Shown piece by piece: positions 1-11,802 of a stretch of 64,000 bases of DNA. The DNA is taken from assembly GCF_041956535.1 (NCBI RefSeq), contig NW_027192196.1:737823-801822 (forward strand), in the 5' to 3' direction. Each line of letters opens with the position of its first letter. Position 1 is the first letter of the stretch. The stretch comes from Calcarisporiella thermophila CBS 279.70. Lineage: Eukaryota; Fungi; Calcarisporiellomycota. A model generated the notes under the pieces. It made no database searches, was not told where the DNA came from, and worked only from the letters and a program-made list of their open reading frames with translations. The translations under genes and the position numbers were made by a program.

Positions 1-2
1 CA

Positions 3-329
3 CAAACGGTAATTGGTGGGCTTATAGGGGGAGCAGTATGCTTGGGTCTTGTTATGGCATCGGGCATTATAATTTGGAGAAGGAGACGGAATAAGATTTG
101 GAATCGTGAGATGCGGGCACATCTAGATGATACTGCCACAGAAGGTCCGGAGATGTACAGTTTTTCAGCAGATAATATGCAGGGGGCGAATCGTTCATTT
201 GCATCGAAAGCAGGCGCTTATTCTCACGACTCACTTTCTACAAAAAAACAGCACTCCTTAAGTTTCAAAGAGAGGCCGCGAAAGCCTTTCAGTTTCCGAT
301 TCAGTTCTTTTAATTATCATGTATGGTAG
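3..329 (+). CDS. 3' end of a single-pass membrane protein (Mid2-like TM helix plus cytosolic tail); 5' part lies outside the window
   Basis: Frame is open from the window edge: QTVIGGLIGGAVCLGLVMASGIIIW followed by the basic stop-transfer RRRR; stop at 327-329. Confidence 0.7.
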   Translation, partial: QTVIGGLIGGAVCLGLVMASGIIIWRRRRNKIWNREMRAHLDDTATEGPEMYSFSADNMQGANRSFASKAGAYSHDSLSTKKQHSLSFKERPRKPFSFRFSSFNYHVW

Positions 330-1317
330 AACCATACAAAAGTTCTTGTTATTTGTTTACCTACGCGTTCCTTTACCATTTCACAACCGCATTATTGGCC
401 TGTTCCGTACAGTTTCTGCTTCAATTGTTATATTGCACAGAATTTTGTCAATGATTTTCATGCTTTAGTCTTGGCTGTTAGTGTTGAAGACACACACACA
501 TATATTTATATGCCTTCAATGTTAATTTTAAGTAGAATGATTGATTGACTTTGGTGTGTTCAGCTACATTAAATTCTTTCTATACAATATATTTTCCATG
601 TTTCTCGCATATTCATTGATACTCTAGGGCACAAATTGAAATCTTTTTATATTTCAAAACCTTCATCATTTTTTCATTTAAAATATTATAATTGAACTGT
701 AGCTCTATCGATGTGGTATGGAGAAGGTTGGCTGAGTGACTCGGTGAGAGCTAACTTGCAGTTCTATGCCACCAGGCGAGTAAGGTTCACCGGAGAAATC
801 AAAATCCGCTCAATATCGACAGGAGGAAAGCTCACGAGGTAATATTGCCGATTTTAACATATGAAATGAATGAAGCCCATAAAAGCTTTTTTTCTATAAA
901 CTCCATTATATATCAAGCATCCCAGTAGTAAATCTTGCGGTTGCTGAAATGAAGAGTGTTGGGTACTCCTATTTATTTAATGTAAAGCTGAATCCCAATC
1001 TGAATAATGACAGCAACATTTCTCTTTGCTGTATGGCTGTTATATTCGGTTAAAAGACATTCTAAGTATAAGTGAATCCCAAAAGAGTTTCCTCAGATAC
1101 ATTTCTAACGCGCAATAACGCTCACAATATCTTTATAGTATCATTTCAAACACATTTCTTTTAAAATATCACAATTACAGTCACAAATACTGCCCAAAAG
1201 TACTTGTCGATTTTTGATTTGCTGTTCGCTCTATTTAAGAATTAACTTGAAAATTTCCCCGCGCTTTCTTCACATTTTCAATTGTAAAAGACTCTTTACC
1301 CATCTTAATATATCGAA

Positions 1318-1658
1318 ATGAATAAGTCACAGGGTCGTCGGAAGCAGCAAAAGGAACCTAAGGTATGTTTGTAATTACACTATTGTTTCTCCTGCAATTG
1401 ACACCACTGTGATCTTGCAATTCTTTTCCATAGGCTGTACGTCAAAAACGCGCCGAACTAAATTTGAAAGCGAAAGAGCAAGCACAAAAGGTCTGATATC
1501 TTTCTATGTATTGCACAACACCTAACTCATGCTTAACCTTATTTCTTGATCATTCATAGTATATTATCCCGATTTTGGGTGGACTCTTCTTGCTATTTGC
1601 ATTTATTCTGTTTTATTTGTACGGTTTCGGGAAAAAGAGTACAGCTAATCCTTTGTAA
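1318..1658 (+). CDS. Small 66-aa single-pass membrane protein with basic coiled-coil N-terminus (SMCO4/DUF4519-like architecture)
   Basis: Three exons 1318-1362, 1434-1490, 1560-1658 with GT..AG introns give MNKSQGRRKQQKEPKAVRQKRAELNLKAKEQAQKYIIPILGGLFLLFAFILFYLYGFGKKSTANPL. Confidence 0.7.
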
Positions 1659-1895
1659 CTGCATTGGAAAGAAATACTCGCTGGATTCTAGCTTATTTTT
1701 TTTTTGTTTGTATTATAACTATTTCTTTTAATTTCTTTTCTTGCCTGTCGATATCTTCTTTTTTCCCCCCTTTTGGGCTTTGAGCTCAGATAATATGTGA
1801 CAATAGGAATAATAGTGATGCCCTTGTAGCCGGATAATTTTATTTTAGAAAAAGAAATATATTATATGCTTCGTACAATACCATTGTATAATGTT

Positions 1896-2546
1896 TTATT
1901 CGCCGAACAACCGCCTAACTCTTTTTAGGACACTGTCTTTTTCAGGATCATAAGGGTGGTCCTTAGAAGGTATCTCTAATACTGTAGGAAATGCTTGGTC
2001 ATGATCATCAATCAGCTGGCGAATATCATCAGCAATCTGTATTAAGGCAAAAAATAATGAATATTGCATTGCAAAAATATTCACATAACAATCCCCTTAC
2101 GTGTTGATTAATTAAAATAATAGCGATGTCATTACGCTGCGTGAACTCCACAAAGGCTGCCTCGATAGTTGAGAGCGGCGTTTCTAGAGAGAGATATTAT
2201 TGGAAAAAAAATTGTTGGTATTCCTAGTTAATTAATCCCGTTTGAAATGATATAAGCATACTCGAGTCAACAACCAAAAAATTCTTCTTTTGTTGCTGAT
2301 TAATGTGGCCAACTCCTGCCAAAAGAATTCCCGTTACTGAATCCTAAAAACATATACAGCCGCGTAAGTGAGAGATGCTAATTGAAGTCTTGCGAGAATT
2401 TTTTAAAGCATCCTATAAACGAAATTATTTCCACTAATCGAGCTGAATGCAAGAAAATCAAACATGATACTATCATGCTTTCTAATTACCTCATCGCCGA
2501 TCACAGCGATAAAATTACGATCTTTGTACAGTTGAGTAGTGGTCAT
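1896..2546 (-). CDS. VMA7: V-type H+-ATPase subunit F
   Basis: Spliced product [31 protein letters not shown]...[31 protein letters not shown]. Confidence 0.96.
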
Positions 2547-2658
2547 CGTTCTAAATCCACAGCAGAGAACCAAGGGTGGGTGGAGATTTTCGAGGCCAGT
2601 TCAATGACTGCGCCTCTCATCATAAATCATTTCTGGTTATTGTTGTTAAGCGGTACTT

Positions 2659-4079
2659 ATGTCCATTTTCTGTTCTTATCTGTCACGGTCGTTCTCCTCC
2701 TCTCAATTTGCAGTCTTTCGTCGCACATTTGTGAATATGGCAAAAACTATTGGTACCCACGATGGGCATTTCCATTGTGATGAGGCGCTCGCTGTCTTCA
2801 TGTTGCGGCAAACTGCACTTTTTCGCAACGCTAGCTTAATTCGGTCGCGCGATCCCAAAAAACTCGCAGAATGCGACGTTGTCGTTGATGTTGGAGGAAC
2901 TTATGACCCTGAGCGGCATCTATATGACCATCACCAAGTACATATTTCATTCAAATCTGTGATGCGTTTTCTAATTTTATTCTCGGTTAGCGGGGATTTT
3001 TCGAAACTTTTGGACAAGGTTACGAGACAAAATTGAGTAGTGCTGGACTTATTTATAAACACTTTGGCAAGGAAATAATCGCTTCGAGTCTAAAGTTGGA
3101 AATAGACGATGCAAACGTTGAATTGCTCTATAAAAAAATGTATACGGTAAGTTGATTTTCTGGATATTGTCATTTCGACACCACTATACTCCTCTTTTAT
3201 GTTTAAAGGATTTTATTGAAGCTATCGATGGAAATGATAACGGCATTTTACAATATCCGGCAGAAATCGAACCAAAATATAAAGAGAGTACTAGTCTGCC
3301 TGCACGTGTTGGGAGTCTAAACCCATGGTGGAATCAAACCTCCACTGATTCAGAAGTGAATGTACTATCTTTAAATACTCTTGATGGAACACTTTGAATC
3401 GCTTTGCTTATGAGTTTTTCACTTCAGAAACGATTCGAAAAAGCAGTTTTGCTTGCTGGAACTGAGCTCATCGATCGAATCCAATTTTTGGGACATGCAT
3501 GGATACCAGCTCGCGATCTTGTGGTTAAGGCAGTAGAGAATAGGTTTGAATTAGATCAAAGCGGGCAAGTCATCAAACTTGAAAAAGCATGTCCCTGGAA
3601 GGTGAGAATTAGAGTAACCTAATACATCTGGGCTCTAGATAACGTAATTGACTTGTTTTACTTAGGAGCATCTATTCAATCTAGAAAAAGAGTTGAAGAT
3701 TGGCACTCCAATTTTATACGTTCTTTATCCTGACGAAAAGGCTGTACAATGGCGTATTCAGGCTGTACCAATCGACCCCAACTCTTTCCAGAATCGCAAA
3801 TCACTTCCCGAATCGTGGCGAGGATATCGAGACGAAGAGCTGAGCGAACGTGCCGGAATTAAGGTAGCAATTGAATGCTATTTTAGTTATTTTCGACTAC
3901 TGACATGAGCTTCCCCTGAATAGGATTGCGTGTTTGTACATATGAGTGGATTCACTGGAGGTAATTGAAATGAAAGGCTATATGGAGTTAGATAGACTAA
4001 TAGATAATGAAAACTTTTAACAGGTAATAAGACTTATGATGGAGTCGTAGAGATGGCCAAAAAATCCTTGCAAAACTAA
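2659..4079 (+). CDS. MYG1: MYG1 exonuclease (UPF0160), 7 exons; second in-frame ATG at 2737
   Basis: Motifs IGTHDGHFHCDEALA, DVGG..DHHQ, KLSSAGLIYKHFG, DGNDNG, LPESWRG, FVHMSGFTGGNKT. Confidence 0.93.
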
Positions 4080-4307
4080 TGTTAATAACATATTCTTAAG
4101 CCATTTACAACCCTGTCTCTTAAAAATTTGGCACGATTTAAAAAAGCCAATATAGATTGTAATAATTGAAAATTTAGTTGGACGTCATAATCTAAATAAT
4201 ATATAAATCATTATACATCATATGATGCAATACTACGTTTAATAGTTTCAGTTCCTCCTTATTGCTCCCACTTGATACGTCATAATTAGTATTTAAATCT
4301 TTTAATG

Positions 4308-4330
4308 ATGATATATAATATATATATCAT
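4308..4330. repeat. Short hairpin (10-bp arms, 3-nt loop) next to the long palindrome
   Basis: ATGATATATA-ATA-TATATATCAT. Confidence 0.75.
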
Positions 4331-4332
4331 AT

Positions 4333-4379
4333 AACATACAATTCCGAATTTCATAATATGAAATTCGGAATTGTATGTT
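4333..4379. repeat. Perfect 47-bp inverted repeat (23-bp arms, 1-nt spacer)
   Basis: AACATACAATTCCGAATTTCATA-A-TATGAAATTCGGAATTGTATGTT; arms are exact reverse complements. Confidence 0.95.
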
Positions 4380-4487
4380 CGCCTGCCTCATTTCATGCAA
4401 CAGTCTCAATATAAGCCACATTCTTCACAAATAAAAATTTTTCGAGCAAAATACCGTAGTAGTCTCGTTGAACGAAATCTCTACCTA

Positions 4488-4880
4488 ATGTTACCAATCA
4501 CAAGACATATCCTCAAAAAATCTCGCCAACTTCGTACTTACGCGACAAAGCATGGTGCTAATCCACTCCCTGAAATGTTTGACCAGAGGATTGTTTTGTC
4601 CAATGGTGCAACATATGTGATCCGTTCAACTTCTCCACGGCAGCAAGTCGTGCTCTCTAAAGACACTCGTAATCACCCACTTTGGAATCCCGACACATCC
4701 AGCGAGAGCCTGCAAGATGAGAGTGGTCAGCTTGCACGATTTGCAAAGAGGTTTGGAGATATGGAAGGATTCCATGAAATCGATGTCATGGATTCTGGTG
4801 AAGCAGTGTCTTCCATAAGCAAAAAGGCAATTGCAAGTGCTCAGGCACCAAAGAAAAAGCCAGAAAAGGGTAAAAAATAA
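4488..4880 (+). CDS. Mitochondrial ribosomal protein bL31m (yeast Mrpl36-like)
   Basis: Basic presequence MLPITRHILKKSRQLRTY, then FDQRIVLSNGATYVIRSTSPR..LSKDTRNHPLWNP..GQLARFAKRF. Confidence 0.8.
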   Translation: MLPITRHILKKSRQLRTYATKHGANPLPEMFDQRIVLSNGATYVIRSTSPRQQVVLSKDTRNHPLWNPDTSSESLQDESGQLARFAKRFGDMEGFHEIDVMDSGEAVSSISKKAIASAQAPKKKPEKGKK

Positions 4881-5927
4881 CGTATTCCACATAACCCTTC
4901 TCGGAACCTGCATTTAAATGGAGGCATTGCTATTTTTTGTGTATTTTTTATTCTGAAGATATTTAGAAATATAGAACCTTTTTGTTTGCAAAGTGTCATT
5001 AGAATTCAGGTTTATACCTATCTTAATAGGATGTGTGAACGTTCAATAATAGGGACTTGATAAACTTATTTCATTATTCAAAGCCCTTTATTTATCCCAT
5101 AGATGATAGATATACATGCTATCTGACCATATCTAGCATCTCCATTCCAGCAGTCTTCCATTGGAAGTCGAGTCCAAAAACTAAGTTTCTGCACCATTAA
5201 TTCTCCTCTATGATTCGAGTGTTAAATTTTATTATGATTCAGGCTTGAAGTTTTATTTTTGTATACCTTGGGTGGAATAGGCATATACTAACGAACAGTA
5301 TTGCCGTAATTTGGGAGCAAGGCAGTCCCTATTACTAAACACTAAAGAGGACGCGAAACTTGGGAAATCCTAGTGATACCAAGATGGGAATGCATAATTA
5401 AATTTAGGCGTCCTTCAATCAGCTAAGTTGGATATTTAGCACCGGGGAAATAGCCTTAAACATGTTTTGCGGATTGGGCTGTACTTGGATATTTCCTTTT
5501 TCCTTTTTTATTCTGTCAGCTATCTGGATTGCTTATTTTATTGCATGTCATTTATGCAATAATCTTCAAGATGGAGATCGGTTCAATAGGAACAAAGCTC
5601 AAGAAGGTTGGACCAGACAGACACTTTTTATCCTCCACGATAAATATTACTGCTCACCTTTGAATATCGAACTGAAATCATAGACATGAGGGGGCTTTGC
5701 CCAAGGATAATTAATTCTAGCGTTGAACAGCGTTTTTCAGGTGATTTTAATTCTTCGCACCCTTTCGAATAGGTTTCATGCGCAGATTAATGTAGGTTTT
5801 TTGTGTGAAAGCTTCTAACTCTAAAACTAAAAATTTTCAGCTGAGATTACCAATTTGAATTTTTTCGAGTTCACACAGTAGTACCTTTTGCCTTCAGTGC
5901 GTCTTCATTGTCTCTCTTTAATTAAAT

Positions 5928-7269
5928 ATGAGCAATTCAAAACCCGTCCTAGATCCTATACTGGTCCGTAATCTTCATGTTTCTTTTCCAGCTCCCATAG
6001 TTTTGATAATGTCATTTTTATTTAAAATAGAACACTTTTTCAGGAGTGAAGTGCTTACTGCTTTTAGGTAAGTCCCTGTTCTATTTCTGCCTACAACAGC
6101 TACCAATCTTACATCTCTCACTTGTAGCCGGTAATTTAACCTTTACTACCCTCAAATACCTACTCCGTCTCCATGATGGTCGTCAAAGTTTTGGTGATAT
6201 GCTCTTCAGGGCCACCATTGTAACTATCCTTAGTCAACGCCTTCCAGTTGTCCGCTTCTACATATACATACTTGCGCGTCTTATTGACAAGTTGATGGGC
6301 GTGAAACCGAGTCAATGGGTGAGGCCTGTAAACGGAAATGGATTCAAAGGATATTTTGTGCAAGATCAATCGGAGAGAGGAGATCCAGAAATAGTTATTC
6401 TATTTATGCATGGTAAGCGCGTTTCTTATCTTAATCACGTACATTAAGTTGCTAATAATAATTACAGGAGGCGGCTTCGCCTTTGGAGATGCACTGATGT
6501 TTATGTCTGCATATATCAAATGGGTGGAGAAAATAAAACAAGTTACCGGAAAGCGCGCTGCTCTGCTTTCAATCGAGTACTCGTTGAGTCCAGAAGCGAA
6601 GTACCCTACACAGTTCAACGAGTGCGTAGCTGCGTACAAGTACTTGCTGGAGGAGAAAGGCTTTCCGGCCAAGCGGATTATCATAGGTAATTTCCTGTCG
6701 CAATGCAGTCATAGCAGTTGAAAGTCTCCCGGTTAATTTTTTTTTTCTCTCGCTTTATAGGGGGGGACAGTGCAGGAGGCAATCTCGCTATCTCATTGGG
6801 CGTCAAATTTGCGGAGGATATAATTGAGGAAATTCCTGGATGTCTTCCCTCCCCCGCGGGGCTACTACTCATATCGCCTTGGTGCAATATGGCACACGTT
6901 GCAGCTTCTTTCCACCGCAACGCCAAATACGACATAGTTAGGCGTTCAGGTGTAAATAGATGGCGTGAGTATTATCTCGGCAATCGTGTACATCATGTTG
7001 ATCCGCGCGTCTCCCCGCTGCAGGTGAATCTGTTCCGTGGATTGCCACCGTGTTTCGTGACACTAGGTTCAGTCGAATGCTTCTACGATGACATCAAAGT
7101 GCTCATTGATAGACTGAAGACCGACGGCGTGACTGTAGAGGTGTGGGAGGAGCCCCGTTTACACGAGTTTCCACTTCTCCCGGATACAGGATCTCTATCG
7201 CCCCTCACTACCATCAATCGCGGGGCAGAAAAACTCGCTCGTTTCATAAAAGAGCATGTACTGGTTTGA
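5928..7269 (+). CDS. Alpha/beta hydrolase of the HSL family (abhydrolase_3; steryl acetyl hydrolase-like)
   Basis: HGGGF oxyanion motif (split by an intron), EYSLSPEAKYP, nucleophile motif GDSAGG, LLISPW, HEF; 5' exons approximate. Confidence 0.85.
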
Positions 7270-7721
7270 GGAAAAGAGCTAAACTAAAATATTCGCGGCC
7301 GCTATTTATTTATTTAGTTCTAATAAGCTCTGTCCTTTCCTTCCAAGCTGTCTTGTGTTTTTAGCTCTTTTTTTTTTTTTCAGCTAATTGTGTATCAGTG
7401 GAAAATGATCTTTGTCGAGCAATTCTTTTTTTTTTCATTCTTTCAAGCAGTACCAGTCTTTCCTTCTAATCAAATAATTGATAATGAATCTTTACCGAAC
7501 CGTTTAGTAATAAACTGACCTGCCAGAGCTGAATTTGCTCCAAGACATGCAGGCTCGGCTGCACTCAGTTCTTAGAGTATAAGTGGGCTGAAAAAAAAAT
7601 AAAATTAGTTCATCGTGAAAATAACATTGAGTTGTAGACGACGTCTGAAATTTACCAGTAAGTTAGAGATGTAATAGTAAAAGGTAAAAATTAAAAAGGC
7701 GTGTAATTGTATAATTGAAAT

Positions 7722-8872
7722 ATGATAGAGGAGCAGGATACAATATATAAACATTTGTGCGATGCACACTGCCATCCACATGACGACGTACCTAATCTTG
7801 AGCTTATACCAAAGCTTAGAGCTGGCCATCTTTGCATCATGGGTGTTCGCACAGATGACTGGAGCGTTGTCGAGAAAGTAATAGAATTGTGCGACCGTGA
7901 TGAATTAAGAGGAAAGATAATTCCTTGTTTTGGTATGTGCATATGATTAATGTAGTGTTTCATATTATCAAAAATATTGTATTGTATTCCTTGTATAATG
8001 TCCGCATTCTATGGGTAGCTCTAATGTTTATAACAATAGGTTTGCATCCGTGGTTTCTTCATTTATTACAATCTCCAAATTCGCAGTTGAAATCCAAAAA
8101 TGATCACTATCGCCAGATTCTCACTTCAAAAGTAAAAGAGGATATCGACCATATCATTGATCAGCTCCCTGAACCGATTGCTTTTGCCGAATGGTCGACT
8201 GCTCTTCGAAAATATTTGTCGAAACATGAACAAGCTATTGTTGGGGAGATAGGTATCGATCGTTCTGCTCGACTCCTCGATCCTGCTACACGAGTCCCAA
8301 CCAGTGTACAATGTAGCATTGAATACCAGTTCGAAATATTCGGTTTTCAGCTTGAGTTGGCTCAGGAATTCAACCGCCCAGTCAGCATTCACTGTGTCCA
8401 AGCATATGGCATGTTGGTTAACTTTCTAGAGGCGAAGTTCAAGCCAGCTTCCCTGCAGAAGCTAAAAAAATATCCATCGCTACTTCTGGAGGAAGACGAA
8501 GAGGATGGTGCAGAGGGACATCCTAATCAAAAAACCCAAGAGCAACCTCTTCGTTTATGTGTACACTCGTATGGTGGATCCAAGGAAACTATTATGTCCT
8601 TGATGAGACTGGAGCCTCAGATCCGAGTATATATTTCGTTTTCAATTGCGATTAATGCTCGGCTCGGAGCACGGTTAAAAGAGCTAATTAAAGCGGTTCC
8701 GGAGGATAGACTCCTGCTGGAAACTGACTATAATTCACCAATTGGATTAGACGACAAGTTAATGGAGGTGGCATCCTTATTCGCTGAGGCTCGTGGTTTG
8801 AGCCTGGGAGAAGTTGCTAAAAAGACAAAGGCAAATTGGTATTACTTTGTATATGGCCACAACCTATCATGA
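7722..8872 (+). CDS. TatD-family metal-dependent nuclease
   Basis: DAHCH, GLHPW, VGEIGID, SIHCV, HSYGGS, LLETD; one intron near 7933-8039. Confidence 0.9.
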
Positions 8873-9150
8873 TGATTTCCACCTTATTCTTTACAGATAT
8901 TTTTCATACAATATATGCTTGCTCTACATTTTCAAACTGACGATACTCTTTTTACGTATTGTTCTATATAGAATATACCAGGAGCTTTTGACTGAATGCC
9001 TAGTAAGCAGCGTTAAAAGTATTATTAAGCAAAAAGAAAAAAGAAAAAGAAAGTTTGCAAGAGTGGATAGATATTTGTACATGAAAAATAAAATAATTAG
9101 AAAAATGTCTTTTCAACCAGTCAAAGTTTCTTAATTAAACCGGAGACATT

Positions 9151-9393
9151 TCAAATGTAGTCGTTAGAAAGATCTTCAATCTCGAATTTGATCAAATGTC
9201 GTCCAGGTATCATCACTAGACCCACAAATCTTTTCTCCGCTCCATTGAATTCTTCTGTATGCGCGAGAATTACGTTTTTACCCTTGTCAGTACATAGAAA
9301 TGTACCTATAAAAACTCGACCATCTGAAAGCGTAATGCGGGATTTATGGTTGAGAAGAGTTCGTAGCTGGGCAATGGCTGGAGTATCTGTCAT
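9151..9393 (-). CDS. NAA38: LSM-domain protein, NatC auxiliary subunit (Naa38/LSMD1/Mak31-like)
   Basis: RITLSDGRVFIGTFLCTDKGKNVILAHTEEF..RFVGLVMIPGRHL, an Sm fold with the CTD signature. Confidence 0.8.
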   Translation of the reverse strand: MTDTPAIAQLRTLLNHKSRITLSDGRVFIGTFLCTDKGKNVILAHTEEFNGAEKRFVGLVMIPGRHLIKFEIEDLSNDYI

Positions 9394-9551
9394 CGAATGT
9401 CGTTTTGCCCTTCAAGGACTGGTAATAACAGGAGGCTATTATATCAATTCTATACACTGCAAAAAATTACTGCGCCCCACTCCTAGAAATAAATACATTT
9501 GTATTTTTTTATTTTTCGGTTTATCAAAGTAGATCGAGGAATACAATTACA

Positions 9552-9938
9552 AGTAATGTCCATTTGCTAATATGTTCTAGTTGTGTAATTGGGTGGATAT
9601 TAATCGTATTCTAATGATATATATCTGGCTCCTTTTTTATGTATAGTGGCAAAAAAAGCTAAAGCAAGGTGAATGAAGCTCTAAGACTTTCTACTTTTTC
9701 AATTGCTGAGATCTTTAGCTTTTCGATAGAACGATCCTCGTCAAACTGCTCTCTACAGCTGGGACCGGGTTTTTCTATACTGCTACTCGGCCACGACTGA
9801 ATCCCAAACTTGCAAAAATGAAATACGATCCAAAAGGTATTCTATCTCCAAATTATTCATTTCACCCGAAATACTTAATAGTCCTATATTTACTTAGTGA
9901 AATCGCACGTACTCTTCACAGAAACCAAGATCAAGTAA
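9552..9938 (+). CDS. MRPL39: Mitochondrial ribosomal protein bL33m
   Basis: Spliced [56 protein letters not shown]; ATG appears split by intron 9553-9646. Confidence 0.9.
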
Positions 9939-10054
9939 AGCATGTTGTAATTTTATTAAAAATAAAGAGAAAAAACTGTCCAAATATCTAAACATATTTC
10001 GTTTGGTTGTATAACAAATGGCAGTTATGGAACATGGCTATGTAATTGTAAATT

Positions 10055-11802
10055 TCAAGCTGTTTTGAAAGGAGCAAAGGCCTTTCTAAAAGTGGCAGGA
10101 CCGGTCCATACACCTCTAAGAAGCCCTTGCCAGTAAATCTCGGGAATGATCTATACAAAACCAATTATGTCAGCAAAATGTATAGTGATCATGGTTTGTC
10201 ATTAATTTTTTCAATTTCACCTCCTTATTTAACCACATCATAGATTCCCTCTCCTTGCTCTGGTCAATAGGGAAGGTCTCAAGCGGCTTGCCATCGAATC
10301 CGGAAAACTCTGCTAAAATTAGCTTATCCGTCCCAACAATCAATGGGCATGATGTATACCCATCGTATCCTTCTGCTTCAGTTACAGGAGCTTTTCCTTC
10401 CAATGCTGCAATTAATCCCTTCTTTAACACTAGCGATTGTGCTGCAATAGCAGCGGCTGTTTTTGAAGTGGGCACAGAAGTGCAATCACCAAGTGCAAAC
10501 ACATTTTTAAATCGGTTATGCCGCAGGGTGAACTGATTAACATCGACCCATCCTGCAGAGTTTGCTAGTGAGGAAGCGGCAATCCACGAAGGAGGTCCCA
10601 TTGGTGGAGTGACATGCAATAAATCATAGTTGTAGGTGACAGTTGAGCCGTTGTTGTCACCGCCAATTTGTTTAAATGTTGCCACTTTGTTAGAGGCATC
10701 GATCTCGGTGAGCTCGTGGAAATAGTTCACTTGAATATCGCGTGACTTGGCGATACGTAGTAGCTCCTTTCCATAGTGGTCTATTCCAAAGATCTTTCCT
10801 AGTGAAGTGTTATAGATGACTTTCGATTTCTCGCGCACGCCATTTTTCCGAATCCAATCTTCTGCAAGGAATACTATCTTGACCGGTGCACCCGGACACT
10901 ATAACCAAGAAGTCTGTCAATAAACGAGGTATCTTATGAGTATAGCCGCACAACAAACCTTGACAGGTGTATTGGGCATTGTAAAAATAGCATTTCCTCC
11001 ATTGAAATTTTTAATATATTCCCAAGTTTTTGTTACCGTCTCAGCAGAGTAATTGCTAGCAACTCCATCTTTTCCGATAGACTCTTTTAGCCCTTTGATC
11101 TTATCCCAGTTGATCTGTATACCAGCTGCTACTACAAGAAAGTCGTATGAAATCTGAACAGATAATAGATTAATTAACCTTATAAAATATCTAATTCTAT
11201 ATGAAAGTTCATACCTTGTTGCCATCACTCAAAGTTACACTATTATGCTCTGGCTCGGCTTGGATTACTCGGTCACGTATCCAGTTAACATTTTGTGGAA
11301 TGACCTCTGACATAGGCTTCCGTGAATCTTCAAGGGTTTTGAGGCCACCTCCTACCAAGGTCCAAAGAGGCTGGTACTGATTTACCGTCACACAAAAGAA
11401 AAAAAATACATAAGTAAATATATTTGAGCACAAATGTCGTTAAAAGGTTCATTTAAATGCAGGAGACTCTCATGGACCACGAAAAACAGTCTAAAGTGGA
11501 AATATTAGGTTATACTAATTTACTCACAAAATGTACATTGGAAGGCTCAATAAGAGCAACGGAGTTGTTTCCAAGAAGCTTCGAAATAGTTGAAGATACA
11601 GCGAGGCCACCTGTACCTCCGCCTAGTGGTCATAAGAAACAATATTAGGGAAGCCTATATACACGCAGGTGACAGGTGTCTTGTACTTGCCCACTACAAC
11701 TACTTTATACTTTTTAGTATCTTTGGTAGTCTCTGCGACAGTAGCAAGGCTACGTCTGACAAATGGTTGAAAGTGTTTGAGAGTTCGTGGAGCAGCGAGC
11801 AT
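10055..11802 (-). CDS. SQOR: Mitochondrial sulfide:quinone oxidoreductase (hmt2/SQOR)
   Basis: VVVGGGTGG FAD motif, YQPLWTLVGGG, VKCPGAP, SKTAAA, YDGYTSCPL with both catalytic Cys. Confidence 0.93.
11623..11690 (-). other. GC-AG intron in SQOR
   Basis: Donor G|GCAAGT and acceptor CTAG|GC restore VVVG-GGTGG. Confidence 0.85.

Noticed and set aside
711-745. Resemblance to the 5' end of U6atac snRNA (GTATG..GAGAAGGTT)
   Set aside because: Lacks the AAGGAGA box and the catalytic AGC triad (it reads GGC); no terminal T run.
5462-5683. Short intergenic and antisense ORFs in the supplied track (e.g. 5462-5683, 12074-12259, 35373-35603, 39810-40001, 62687-62896)
   Set aside because: AT-rich, no motifs, no supporting splice structure; consistent with chance ORFs.
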